Source: an uncultured Acidobacteriota bacterium
GTDB lineage: Bacteria > Acidobacteriota > Terriglobia > Terriglobales > Acidobacteriaceae
Assembly (NCBI GenBank): GCA_903832055.1
Contig: CAILAC010000012.1
Location: 84,991 to 148,990, forward strand
DNA length: 64,000 nt
Reading direction: 5' to 3'
The position numbers were made by a program, and so were the translations under genes. The stretch's first letter is position 1. Each line of letters opens with the position of its first letter. Shown here in pieces: positions 25,697 through 34,017 of this stretch. Below the pieces are notes generated by a model. The model did not search any database and was not told the origin of the DNA. It worked only from the letters and a program-made list of their open reading frames with translations.

Positions 25697-27759
25697 TGCT
25701 TTGCTCCTTTTCCGCTTGTGCCTTTAAGCGACATGAGGAAGGCCGTCAATGCGCGGGCATCTTCGTCACTCATCTTCTGGTTGGGCTCTGCTGTGCCGGG
25801 GCGCAGCGCTTGCGGATTCTTGAGCCAGGCGTAGGTCCAGGCCGGAGTCAGACGTGAGCCGACCTGCGTCAGGGTGGGTCCGATGTAGCCCTTGTCAGTT
25901 TTGGTATCGACGATGTGGCAGGACTGGCATGCGAATTTGGAGTAGAAGAGTTGCCGCCCTTGCTCCACCACCTGTGGAGGATTGGTGGCTGACGGCGCGG
26001 TGTCGGGGTCGACGGCGGATGTCTGATAGACGGCGAGCATGAAATCCGTAAGTTCCTTGTTGTCGCTGTCAGAGAGGTTGAAGCGGGGCATGCGCCGGAT
26101 GAGCGATGGCCGCAGGGTATTGGGATTCTTGAGGAAATCGGTCAGCCACTGACGCTGAACGCTGCTGCCCTCGTAGGTCAGGTCAGGGGCCATGTCGCCG
26201 CCTCTGCCGTTGATCCGGTGGCAACTGAAGCAGGCGAGCTCGGTCATGAGCTTGCCGGCGTGGCCAGCGGGCTGGTAGTTGGTGTCTTCTGCAGCAGCGA
26301 CGCGCAGCGTGTCAGGAATTGTGCGGCTGCGGCCGGTCTGTGCGAGCAGGGCCGTAGTCAATGCATCGGTCTGCGCATTGGAAAGCGCGAACTGCGGCAT
26401 CTTCACCGCGCCACCGAAGGCACGCGGCTGGCGAATCTTGCTCACGATGTAAGTTGAAACCGTATGCTCCATGCCGGGTAGGAATGCGATCTGCGCAAGC
26501 GGCTTGCTGCCGATGGTGCTGAGATCGGGCGCGAAGTTCTGCGGTGTCTGCACGCCGTTGATCTCGTGGCAGGCGGCGCATCCGCCGTCGATGATAAGTC
26601 GGCGGCCACGGGCAATCTGCTGCGGTGTGGCCGCGGCAAGCTGCACGTTTGCGCCGTAATCTGCATCCGTCTTGCTGTGCAGATAGTCCGCCAGTGTGGC
26701 AATCTGCCGGGGCGTAAATCGGTAGTGCGGCATGGGCGTTGTGGCGTCGTAAATGCGCGGATTATTCAGCCACGCATTGAGCCATTCCGGCTTGACCTTG
26801 TTGCCGATGCGCGTCAGCTCAGGGCCAACGTCGCCACCGACAACATTGCCCGCCGCATTTTGAACTGCGTGGCAGGATGAGCAGAAGGATTGTCCATAAA
26901 GGCTCGCGCCATCAGCAGGATTGGTCGCCGACCCTGCCGAAGCATTCTTGACGCTTGCCGCTGAAGTATCGCCGGGCTGCGGTTTGCTTGAGCTGATAAG
27001 GTAAGCGGAAATATCGCTCGCGTCCTGATCGGTGAGCTTGTAGTTAGGCATCGTGGCAGTAGCCGCGTATGCCTGCGGGTCTTTGAGCCAGCTGTAGATC
27101 CACTCGCGTGTGGTCTTGTCGGCGACATGAACGAGTGACGGCGGATGATCGGTCGGCATCATCTTTGTGCCGTCGGGCCGCGTAACAGCGTGACATCGAA
27201 CGCAGCCGTAGCGCGCCAGCATCGTGCGGCCAAGATTCAACTGCGGAGTGCCGGCCATTGCGTTCTGATGGCATTGACCGCAACCTGCTTCAATATAGCG
27301 CGTGGGCAGGATGGGCGCTTCGCCATCGCGTTCGCTGTGGTGCGCCTCGGAGACGGTGGTGGCTGCCCCCTGACCGCCATGACAGATTACGCAGCCAAAT
27401 CCATCCACCGAATGTGGAATCGCCGGGTGCTTGCGAAATGGCTGCTGATGTTCGTCTGCCAGGCTGGCTTCGCTCAAGCCAAGATGACACGTAGTGCAGC
27501 GATCGACGACGCCCAGCTCGGGCATCCATATCTGGTGGATACCAGGCTCGAAGCGACGGCGCATGGAGACCGCGTCGCCGCGATCGCGAATCAACGATAG
27601 ATACTTGCGCTGATAGCTATGCCACTGGCTGAAGTGCTCCTTGGTGGGTGTGACAGCAAGCGCAAGCAGCAGAACAAGGCTGACAACGCCAAAGGCCCGC
27701 ACCGGATCGCCGAAGAGCGCTTGCCACGCAGAGGAAATGTATTTTCGTATGGATTGCAC
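25693..27759 (-). CDS. membrane-anchored octahaem c-type cytochrome
   Basis: Eight CXXCH motifs: CTTCH, CVICH, CGQCH, CVRCH, CSSCH, CAACH, CFSCH, CQSCH. N-terminal TM helix AFGVVSLVLLLALAV. GTG start at 27759 directly abuts the upstream TAA. Confidence 0.9.
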   Translation of the reverse strand: MQSIRKYISSAWQALFGDPVRAFGVVSLVLLLALAVTPTKEHFSQWHSYQRKYLSLIRDRGDAVSMRRRFEPGIHQIWMPELGVVDRCTTCHLGLSEASLADEHQQPFRKHPAIPHSVDGFGCVICHGGQGAATTVSEAHHSERDGEAPILPTRYIEAGCGQCHQNAMAGTPQLNLGRTMLARYGCVRCHAVTRPDGTKMMPTDHPPSLVHVADKTTREWIYSWLKDPQAYAATATMPNYKLTDQDASDISAYLISSSKPQPGDTSAASVKNASAGSATNPADGASLYGQSFCSSCHAVQNAAGNVVGGDVGPELTRIGNKVKPEWLNAWLNNPRIYDATTPMPHYRFTPRQIATLADYLHSKTDADYGANVQLAAATPQQIARGRRLIIDGGCAACHEINGVQTPQNFAPDLSTIGSKPLAQIAFLPGMEHTVSTYIVSKIRQPRAFGGAVKMPQFALSNAQTDALTTALLAQTGRSRTIPDTLRVAAAEDTNYQPAGHAGKLMTELACFSCHRINGRGGDMAPDLTYEGSSVQRQWLTDFLKNPNTLRPSLIRRMPRFNLSDSDNKELTDFMLAVYQTSAVDPDTAPSATNPPQVVEQGRQLFYSKFACQSCHIVDTKTDKGYIGPTLTQVGSRLTPAWTYAWLKNPQALRPGTAEPNQKMSDEDARALTAFLMSLKGTSGKGAKQ

Positions 27760-28464
27760 TTAACTCCTCCAGGGCAAAACCCAGGACCAGCCGGGGCCGC
27801 GAAACCATGTACCCACAGCAGTGAGCACAATCAATTCAAAGAGAAACCACGTCATGATCCAGTAGGCAAATGGCTTCGAAGCAAGGTAGCGACGCCACCG
27901 CGAAGGTGACTCCAGCGTGCTGTTGGCGCCGATGAACATCGCGATAGCAACAATCACCGTTGGCGCAACCGCAACATAGACATCGAAGAACACTAGAAAC
28001 GCAAGCAATCCAGCTGTTGCAACGTAAAAGATATTCAGGCGCTTTGTGCGGTCTTTTAGAAACAGGCCCTGCGCCTCAATGTTGATGTTGAAGTATGGAA
28101 TGACGATCAACGAGACGATGAGCATCGTCGGCACGAGCACCCCCGCGACAACGGGCGGGAAGTAATGCAGCAGCTCTTGCAGGCCGAGGAAATACCACGG
28201 TGCCTTGGCGGGGTTGGGCGTATGCGTCGGGTCAGCTATGCCTTCGAGAGGTGCATTGAAGAACAGCGAGATGACAACCAGCAGAATCGCCAGCAGCTCA
28301 ATCGCAAGTGCTGCGCGAAAGAGCACGCCGGGATAAGTCTGCATCTGCTCTTCGCGAGCCACCTTGACCTGCGCACTGGTGCGGCGCGTGACAAAGACGA
28401 CTCGTGTCGGAGAGCGCCGCTGGTCTGAGTCAAGACCAGCGATGAAATCTTTTGGAGTGCTCAT
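27760..28464 (-). CDS. cytochrome b C-terminal part (b6f subunit-IV-like, extended)
   Basis: [20 protein letters not shown] aligns with the PEWYF Qo-site segment of subunit IV / cytochrome b. About 5 hydrophobic helices. ATGA overlap with the cytochrome b6-like gene. Confidence 0.85.
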   Translation of the reverse strand: MSTPKDFIAGLDSDQRRSPTRVVFVTRRTSAQVKVAREEQMQTYPGVLFRAALAIELLAILLVVISLFFNAPLEGIADPTHTPNPAKAPWYFLGLQELLHYFPPVVAGVLVPTMLIVSLIVIPYFNINIEAQGLFLKDRTKRLNIFYVATAGLLAFLVFFDVYVAVAPTVIVAIAMFIGANSTLESPSRWRRYLASKPFAYWIMTWFLFELIVLTAVGTWFRGPGWSWVLPWRS

Positions 28465-29249
28465 TTCGTCTCCTTCGCCGGGAGTGGTGGTGCGGCGGCA
28501 GCCTGTGCCCTGGGCTCAGACTGCTGCACATACAGCCCGCCATCTTTGCGAATACGCCAGAAGTGAATGGCGATGAAAACAATCGCGGTCAGTGGCAGTA
28601 CGACACAGTGCAGTACATAGAAGCGGAGCAATGCGTTTGCGTTAACCTGATTGCCGCCCAGTAACAGGAAGTGAATCTTGCTGCCGACAATCGGCACTGC
28701 GGATGAAATATTCGAGCCAACTGTAATAGCCCAGAATGCCAGCTGGTCCCACGGAAGCAGATAGCCGGTGTAGCTGAGCAATAAAGTAATCAGCAGCAGC
28801 ACAATGCCGATGACCCAGTTGAATTCGCGCGGTGTGCGATAGGCGCCGCGATAGAAGACCTTGAACATGTGCGCAAAGACGAGAAAGACCATCAGCTGCG
28901 CCGACCAGCGATGCAGGTTTCTCAGAAAAAGTCCTGACGAAACAACAAACTGCAGGTCCTTCATGTCGGCGTATGCCTGCGGCACTGAAGGGTGGTAATA
29001 CAGCATGAGCAGAATGCCGGTGACCACGAGGATAAGAAATGTGCCCAGCGTGAGTGTGCCGAGATACCAGGTTGAACTGAAGCTCACCATGCGCTTGCGC
29101 ACTTTGGTTGAGAAGAGGTGAAGGAATACATTCTGCTGAATCGCAAGCGCGCGATGCAGAGTGCTGTTGCCGCTGCCGCTGCGAAAGACTGAGCGCCACA
29201 CGCGGCTGCCGCGAACTTGTTCAATGATTTGATCGGTCTTCGTGGTCAT
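28461..29249 (-). CDS. cytochrome b N-terminal part (b6-type)
   Basis: Haem ligand pairs H-x13-H ([18 protein letters not shown]) and H-x14-H ([25 protein letters not shown]). ATG 29249 lies 2 nt after the Rieske stop; the ORF-track start 29255 is a TTG overlapping it. Confidence 0.9.
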   Translation of the reverse strand: MTTKTDQIIEQVRGSRVWRSVFRSGSGNSTLHRALAIQQNVFLHLFSTKVRKRMVSFSSTWYLGTLTLGTFLILVVTGILLMLYYHPSVPQAYADMKDLQFVVSSGLFLRNLHRWSAQLMVFLVFAHMFKVFYRGAYRTPREFNWVIGIVLLLITLLLSYTGYLLPWDQLAFWAITVGSNISSAVPIVGSKIHFLLLGGNQVNANALLRFYVLHCVVLPLTAIVFIAIHFWRIRKDGGLYVQQSEPRAQAAAAPPLPAKETK

Positions 29250-29251
29250 GC

Positions 29252-29743
29252 TCAAACCCTCAAGTACTGCAGCGCGGGGACGTTGATGGAGCGATCGACC
29301 ATGAGATTGCCCTCATCGCTGACCCAGACCTTGAGCCATGGCAAGGGCTTGGGCGCGGGGCCTTCAATCTTCTCGCCGGTGCGCTTGAACTTGCTGCCGT
29401 GACAGGGACAGGTGATCATGCCGAGGTCCTGATTCCATGTGGTCAGGCAACCGAGATGGGTGCATATCGCGCCAATTGCGAAGAAGCCCTCTTCTGCGCG
29501 AATGGTGTAGATTCCGGCGTTCACGTCCATGCTCACCAGGCCCACGGGAAAGCTCTCGGGTCTGCCTGCATTGACGATTGACGACGGCTCGTAGAGCACA
29601 TTGGGTGAGAGATAGTTGTATGAGAAAACAGCTGTGCCGGCAGCAGCGATGCCCAGCGATCCCAACCCTACCTTGGTGAAGAACGCTCTTCGGTCGAAGC
29701 TATCGGCCGAGGGTGTCGTTCCTATCTGTTTCAACTCGTGCAT
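29252..29743 (-). CDS. Rieske [2Fe-2S] protein with a twin-arginine signal/anchor
   Basis: Tat motif [20 protein letters not shown]. Cluster boxes CTHLGC and CPCHGS. Confidence 0.93.
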   Translation of the reverse strand: MHELKQIGTTPSADSFDRRAFFTKVGLGSLGIAAAGTAVFSYNYLSPNVLYEPSSIVNAGRPESFPVGLVSMDVNAGIYTIRAEEGFFAIGAICTHLGCLTTWNQDLGMITCPCHGSKFKRTGEKIEGPAPKPLPWLKVWVSDEGNLMVDRSINVPALQYLRV

Positions 29744-29746
29744 GCG

Positions 29747-31729
29747 TTACCTCGCGATCGCGCCGGCTGCGAGCGGTTTCGCGCGCAGAGGGCCGTCGAT
29801 AGATTCAAGAGAAATTAAGCCGGTGGGATCCACTGAAAAAATGTTGTAAGACTCCATCGTGATGGTGCCCGCTGGACAACGCGCTGCGCAGAGGCCGCAG
29901 CGAATGCAACGAGACTCATCCTTGAGCATCGCGGAGCCGGTGATGACACCTAGTTCGTCTGCCTGAATGTCATCCAATTCGACACCGAGCAGGTCGCGTA
30001 CATTGCCTAACTGCGTGGTTGTTTCTTCATCAAATGAAATGCGTTCGAGCGATACGAGTTCGAGGCAGCTCTCGGGGCATACGTCAACGCAGCCACCGCA
30101 GAGAATGCACTCGGTTGCATCTTCTGAATTGCCCTCAAAGACAGTGTTGACCCAGCAGTGGAGGCAGCGTTGCGCCTCTGCCATTGCAGACTCAGCATCG
30201 AATCCAATCTCCACTTCAGTCACGCCGGTGCGGCGCTTGAGTGGCTGCATTGGGATGGCTGGGCGTGTCTTGTCGAGCAAGTCGAGGGGCATGTGATAAC
30301 GCTCCATGACTTCGACTTCGATAACTGGATCGGGGTGTTTGGTGCCGCGCAGATACTCATCAATCCCGACGGCTGCGCGCTTGCCATCAGCCACGCTGTC
30401 GATGATGAGTCGCGGGCCAAAGACGCAGTCGCCACCAGCGAAGACTCCAGGTGCTGAAGTCATCAACGTCTGCGGATTCACAGCGACCAATCCGCGCGGG
30501 GAAACTCCAACTCCGTCTTCAGGAGTCAGGAAAGTTAGATTCGCTGCCTGACCGATGGCCATGATGATGGTGTCGCATTCGAGCAGGGTTTCGCTGTTCT
30601 CAAAGAAGGTCGGATTGAAGCGCCGGTTCTCATCGAAAACTGATTTGGTCTTGAGCACTTCGAGCCCGATGGCGTGCCCGTCTTTACCGACAATCTGCTT
30701 GGGACCAAAGCCGGCATGGATGATGATGCCTTCTTCGACTGCCTCATCAATCTCTTCGAGTGATGCGGGCATTTCAGCGCGATTTTCGAGGCAGACAAGG
30801 TGTACTTCCTGGGCACCGAGTCGCAGCGCAGAGAGCGAAACGTCCATCATTTCGCGCGCTGCGACAGCATCCACGCTGTCCTGCGTTGGTTCAAAGTTTT
30901 CGACTCCCGCTGCATGCTGCTTGAGCACTTCGCGAGCTGCTGAGCGGGCCACATCCATGGCGACATTGCCGCCGCCGATGACCAGTACCTTCTTGCCGAT
31001 GGTGAAGCGATAACCCAGATTCACGTTGAGCAGGAAGTCTATGCCCTTGTAAACACCATCGAGATTGACGCCAGGGATGGTGAGGTCGCGGCTGCGATGC
31101 GCGCCAACTGCAATGAGCACTGCATCGAATTTGCTGCGCAGATCGGCGATGGTAAAGTCGCGTCCGGCAGCACTGTTAAGTTTCAGCGTGATGTCGCCGG
31201 TGGCAAGGATTTCGCGGACCTGCGCCTCGACAACATCGCGAGGCAGGCGATACTCAGGCAGGCCCAGATAGAGCATGCCGCCTGCGACTTGTGAAGCCTC
31301 AAACAGAGTGACGGAGTAGCCCATCAGGCCCAGATCATGCGCTGCGGAAAGTCCTACCGGGCCTGCTCCAACAATGGCCACGCTGAGATTGAGTTTGGGT
31401 TGCAGACGGCCGGCGTTTACGTCAATTGGATTGCGCGACTCAGGGCCATGCTGCTCAGTGAGGAATCGCTTGAGTGCGCGGATGGCGATAGGCTTGTCAA
31501 TCTCACCGCGACGGCACGCAGTTTCGCAGGGATGTGCGCAGACGCGGCCGCAGATGCTGGCGAGCGGATTTGGTTCGCGCGCATAGCGATATGCGTCTTC
31601 GAAGTTACCCTCGGCGATCAGTTCTACATAGCGGCCCGCGTTGGTATGTGCGGGACAGGCCGTCATGCAGGGAAAGTTGGTGTTCAACCATTCCTGATCA
31701 ACCTTCTTGTTGATAAAGCGTTGCTGCAT
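29747..31729 (-). CDS. GltD-like NAD(P)H-dependent FAD/FeS oxidoreductase fused to a 2x[4Fe-4S] ferredoxin domain
   Basis: N-terminal Cys clusters (CMTACPAH..., CGRVCAHPCETACRRG). FAD fold VAIVGAGPVGLSAAHDL. NAD(P)H fold VLVIGGGNVAMDVARSA. C-terminal CILCGGCVDVCP and CIRCGLCAARCP. No signal peptide. The stop lies 3 nt before the Rieske ATG. Confidence 0.88.
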   Translation of the reverse strand: MQQRFINKKVDQEWLNTNFPCMTACPAHTNAGRYVELIAEGNFEDAYRYAREPNPLASICGRVCAHPCETACRRGEIDKPIAIRALKRFLTEQHGPESRNPIDVNAGRLQPKLNLSVAIVGAGPVGLSAAHDLGLMGYSVTLFEASQVAGGMLYLGLPEYRLPRDVVEAQVREILATGDITLKLNSAAGRDFTIADLRSKFDAVLIAVGAHRSRDLTIPGVNLDGVYKGIDFLLNVNLGYRFTIGKKVLVIGGGNVAMDVARSAAREVLKQHAAGVENFEPTQDSVDAVAAREMMDVSLSALRLGAQEVHLVCLENRAEMPASLEEIDEAVEEGIIIHAGFGPKQIVGKDGHAIGLEVLKTKSVFDENRRFNPTFFENSETLLECDTIIMAIGQAANLTFLTPEDGVGVSPRGLVAVNPQTLMTSAPGVFAGGDCVFGPRLIIDSVADGKRAAVGIDEYLRGTKHPDPVIEVEVMERYHMPLDLLDKTRPAIPMQPLKRRTGVTEVEIGFDAESAMAEAQRCLHCWVNTVFEGNSEDATECILCGGCVDVCPESCLELVSLERISFDEETTTQLGNVRDLLGVELDDIQADELGVITGSAMLKDESRCIRCGLCAARCPAGTITMESYNIFSVDPTGLISLESIDGPLRAKPLAAGAIAR

Positions 31730-31811
31730 GGGTGACCATCCGCGTCTGGGGAAGTGGGAGAAGGGGGAAGCGGGCGTGACTTCACGCCCGTTGAGTTACT
31801 TTTGAAGCGAC

Positions 31812-32393
31812 TTACTTTGAAAGCGTGAAGTCTGATGCAGTGTCGCCTGCAACCTTTACAGGATTCGACTTGGTCTTTGCACCCTCATGCCATGCGGTGA
31901 CGGTGTATGCGCCATCAGGAACGTTGTCGATCTTGTAGGCACCCGACTTATCAGTCTCAGCAAAGTAAGGCGTGGGCGAAACGATGATGTAAGCGGCCAT
32001 CTCAGGATGTACATTGCAGAGCAATGGCACAGCACCGGGGTTATCGAACTTGAAGCTCTGCTTCTGCCCCTGAGGCCATGTGCCGAGGTTGTGGCCAAGC
32101 TTCTTGTTACCGCTGATCGAAATCCAGAAGACGTTGTGCGCTACGCTGTCGCTGTTGAGGAATTCGACGGTCGTGCCTTGCTCAATGGCCACAAGGTGAG
32201 GCGTGAACATCAGGCCTTTTTGATCGATGACGATGTGCTGGGTGGGGGCGGGAAATGTCTTGCCGGGGATAGCTTCGACATAGACGACGGAGACGCCTGA
32301 GACGCCTGATACCTTGCCGTGGATGGTCCCTGCAACCGCTGCTGTGCTGAGTGCGGTAATCGCGATAAGTGTTGCCAGTGTGATGCGTTTCAT
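31812..32393 (-). CDS. secreted cupredoxin (amicyanin/plastocyanin-like) with a C-terminal CarboxypepD_reg-like beta-sandwich
   Basis: Signal peptide MKRITLATLIAITALSTAAVA. Candidate type-1 Cu ligands are His in SVAHNVFW and C-x2-H-x2-M in LLCNVHPEM. The tail YFAETDKSGAYKIDNVPDGAYTVTAWHEG is typical of CarboxypepD_reg-like folds. Confidence 0.8.
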   Translation of the reverse strand: MKRITLATLIAITALSTAAVAGTIHGKVSGVSGVSVVYVEAIPGKTFPAPTQHIVIDQKGLMFTPHLVAIEQGTTVEFLNSDSVAHNVFWISISGNKKLGHNLGTWPQGQKQSFKFDNPGAVPLLCNVHPEMAAYIIVSPTPYFAETDKSGAYKIDNVPDGAYTVTAWHEGAKTKSNPVKVAGDTASDFTLSK

Positions 32394-32433
32394 ATCTGCT
32401 CCTGAGTGGGAAAGTGAATGCCGTTAAAGTTTG

Positions 32434-34017
32434 CTAGTAGACGAACTCCAGCCCGGTGACGAGTACGTTTGTTCGGAAGGGATTGCCAATAGCTGCACCC
32501 GTGGATGGGTTGTAGACAATCTGCTGGGGCTGAATCTGGTACTCAACCGACGCCTTGATGTTGGCGTGGATGAGGAACTGCTCGCCGAGCGTGAAGCGAT
32601 TGCGCGTTGCCCGGTATGGCGAGAAGAAGGAAGACGACGGTGGAGCCGTTGGGTCGTACATAAGGAAGTTGACCCGATCAGCAGTTGACTTGACCTGATC
32701 CCAGCGCACGATGCTCATGGCCCAGGGCAGCGCAAGATAGTCAGCCTCAAGGAAACTGCCGCTGAATGTAACTGCAGCCTCAGGCTTGAAGCCGGTGATG
32801 GCACCACTTTCGACAGTGGATTCAGGCACAAGGTTGTGATCGTGGGCTGCCATGTACACACCAAACAAATTGAATGTTCGGTAGTTAAAGTTGACGTCGC
32901 CGCCGATGCGGTAGAACGGCTCACGCGCGGTGAGAACGACTGGGGTCACACCGTCGGCCAGGACACCAGACACAGTCTGTACGCTGCGACCGTAGAAGCC
33001 AAAGGTTCCTAGCGCCAGGAAGGTGTGATCACGCGGACCGGAAGCACCAGCAGCCTGAACGCCGTTGCGGCTTTCCGGATTTTTTTCAAGGTTGAAGCGA
33101 TAAATGAATCGGCCGTAGATGTCTTTGTAGTTGGAGTCGGAACTGAATGCGACTCCATTACCCGGCTTGACCGTGGGCGCTGTAGGAGCTGCACCGCTGG
33201 TGTTTTGATTCATGACCGCGAGAGAGTAGTGGTAGCCCTGGTAGGAGTGCCCTCCGCTGATTTCAAGCCCGTGTGCAGCACTCGAAATCGACGCCCCGTT
33301 GTTGACAAATTCAGGCCGTCCAATGCCATTCTGGACGCCGATATTCGCCTCGCCGAAGAGGTCCCAACCGCTGAGGTTCCAGGAGCGTGCCTGACTGAAC
33401 GGGATATCCAGTTCAAACTGACCAAAGCGCAAGTTCACTGAGTCTGTGGGCATTTTGAGGAATCGGCTGACGTCGTGAAATTTGAGGTACGCATCGCCCA
33501 ACGCGCCGTTGGCATTCGCACCGGCGACGCTGATGTCGTCGTCAACCCAGAAGGAGATACCGGTTCCGAAATTGCCCGCCGTAAAGATACTGAAAAGTCC
33601 TGGTTGAAAGTCAGATTTGGGGACAAATGTACCAATAGTTCCGGCAGGCAGAACCTGGTTGAAGTTGTTCCGGCTGGAGCCAACCTGCTGGTAGAACTGG
33701 TTGTAGCGCAAGCCAATCGGCGGCAGGCCGGGAATGGTGCCGGGATATACCGTGTGCGGAAATAACTCGGCCTGTGCCGGTGCTCCAAGGAGAATTGGCG
33801 GAGCCTTGAGAAAGGACTCGTCATCCTTGGGAAACTTGAAGCCTGCATCCTTGAATGCCTTGCCGAAGTCATTGAGCTTTGGGAAGTCCAGGTGGCAGGT
33901 GGTGCAGGATGTACCGTACTGACGGGAAAACGCGGGAATCGCTCGACTCGTTTGCGGAAGCAAAAGAACCGTCAGTGCAGCGACAAAAAGGATTCGGGAA
34001 AGCCATTTTCGATTCAT
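32434..34017 (-). CDS. outer-membrane beta-barrel-like protein with one N-terminal CXXCH (fused cytochrome-porin architecture, Cyc2-like)
   Basis: ATG 34017 (MNRKWLSRILFVAALTVLLLPQTSRA signal peptide). CTTCH lies 11 residues into the mature protein (IPAFSRQYGTSCTTCHLDFPKLNDFGKAFK). About 480 aa of alternating amphipathic strands, rich in Gly/Tyr/Phe/Asn, follow. The C-terminus ...VTGLEFVY ends in an aromatic residue, as in OMPs. Confidence 0.8.
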   Translation of the reverse strand: MNRKWLSRILFVAALTVLLLPQTSRAIPAFSRQYGTSCTTCHLDFPKLNDFGKAFKDAGFKFPKDDESFLKAPPILLGAPAQAELFPHTVYPGTIPGLPPIGLRYNQFYQQVGSSRNNFNQVLPAGTIGTFVPKSDFQPGLFSIFTAGNFGTGISFWVDDDISVAGANANGALGDAYLKFHDVSRFLKMPTDSVNLRFGQFELDIPFSQARSWNLSGWDLFGEANIGVQNGIGRPEFVNNGASISSAAHGLEISGGHSYQGYHYSLAVMNQNTSGAAPTAPTVKPGNGVAFSSDSNYKDIYGRFIYRFNLEKNPESRNGVQAAGASGPRDHTFLALGTFGFYGRSVQTVSGVLADGVTPVVLTAREPFYRIGGDVNFNYRTFNLFGVYMAAHDHNLVPESTVESGAITGFKPEAAVTFSGSFLEADYLALPWAMSIVRWDQVKSTADRVNFLMYDPTAPPSSSFFSPYRATRNRFTLGEQFLIHANIKASVEYQIQPQQIVYNPSTGAAIGNPFRTNVLVTGLEFVY

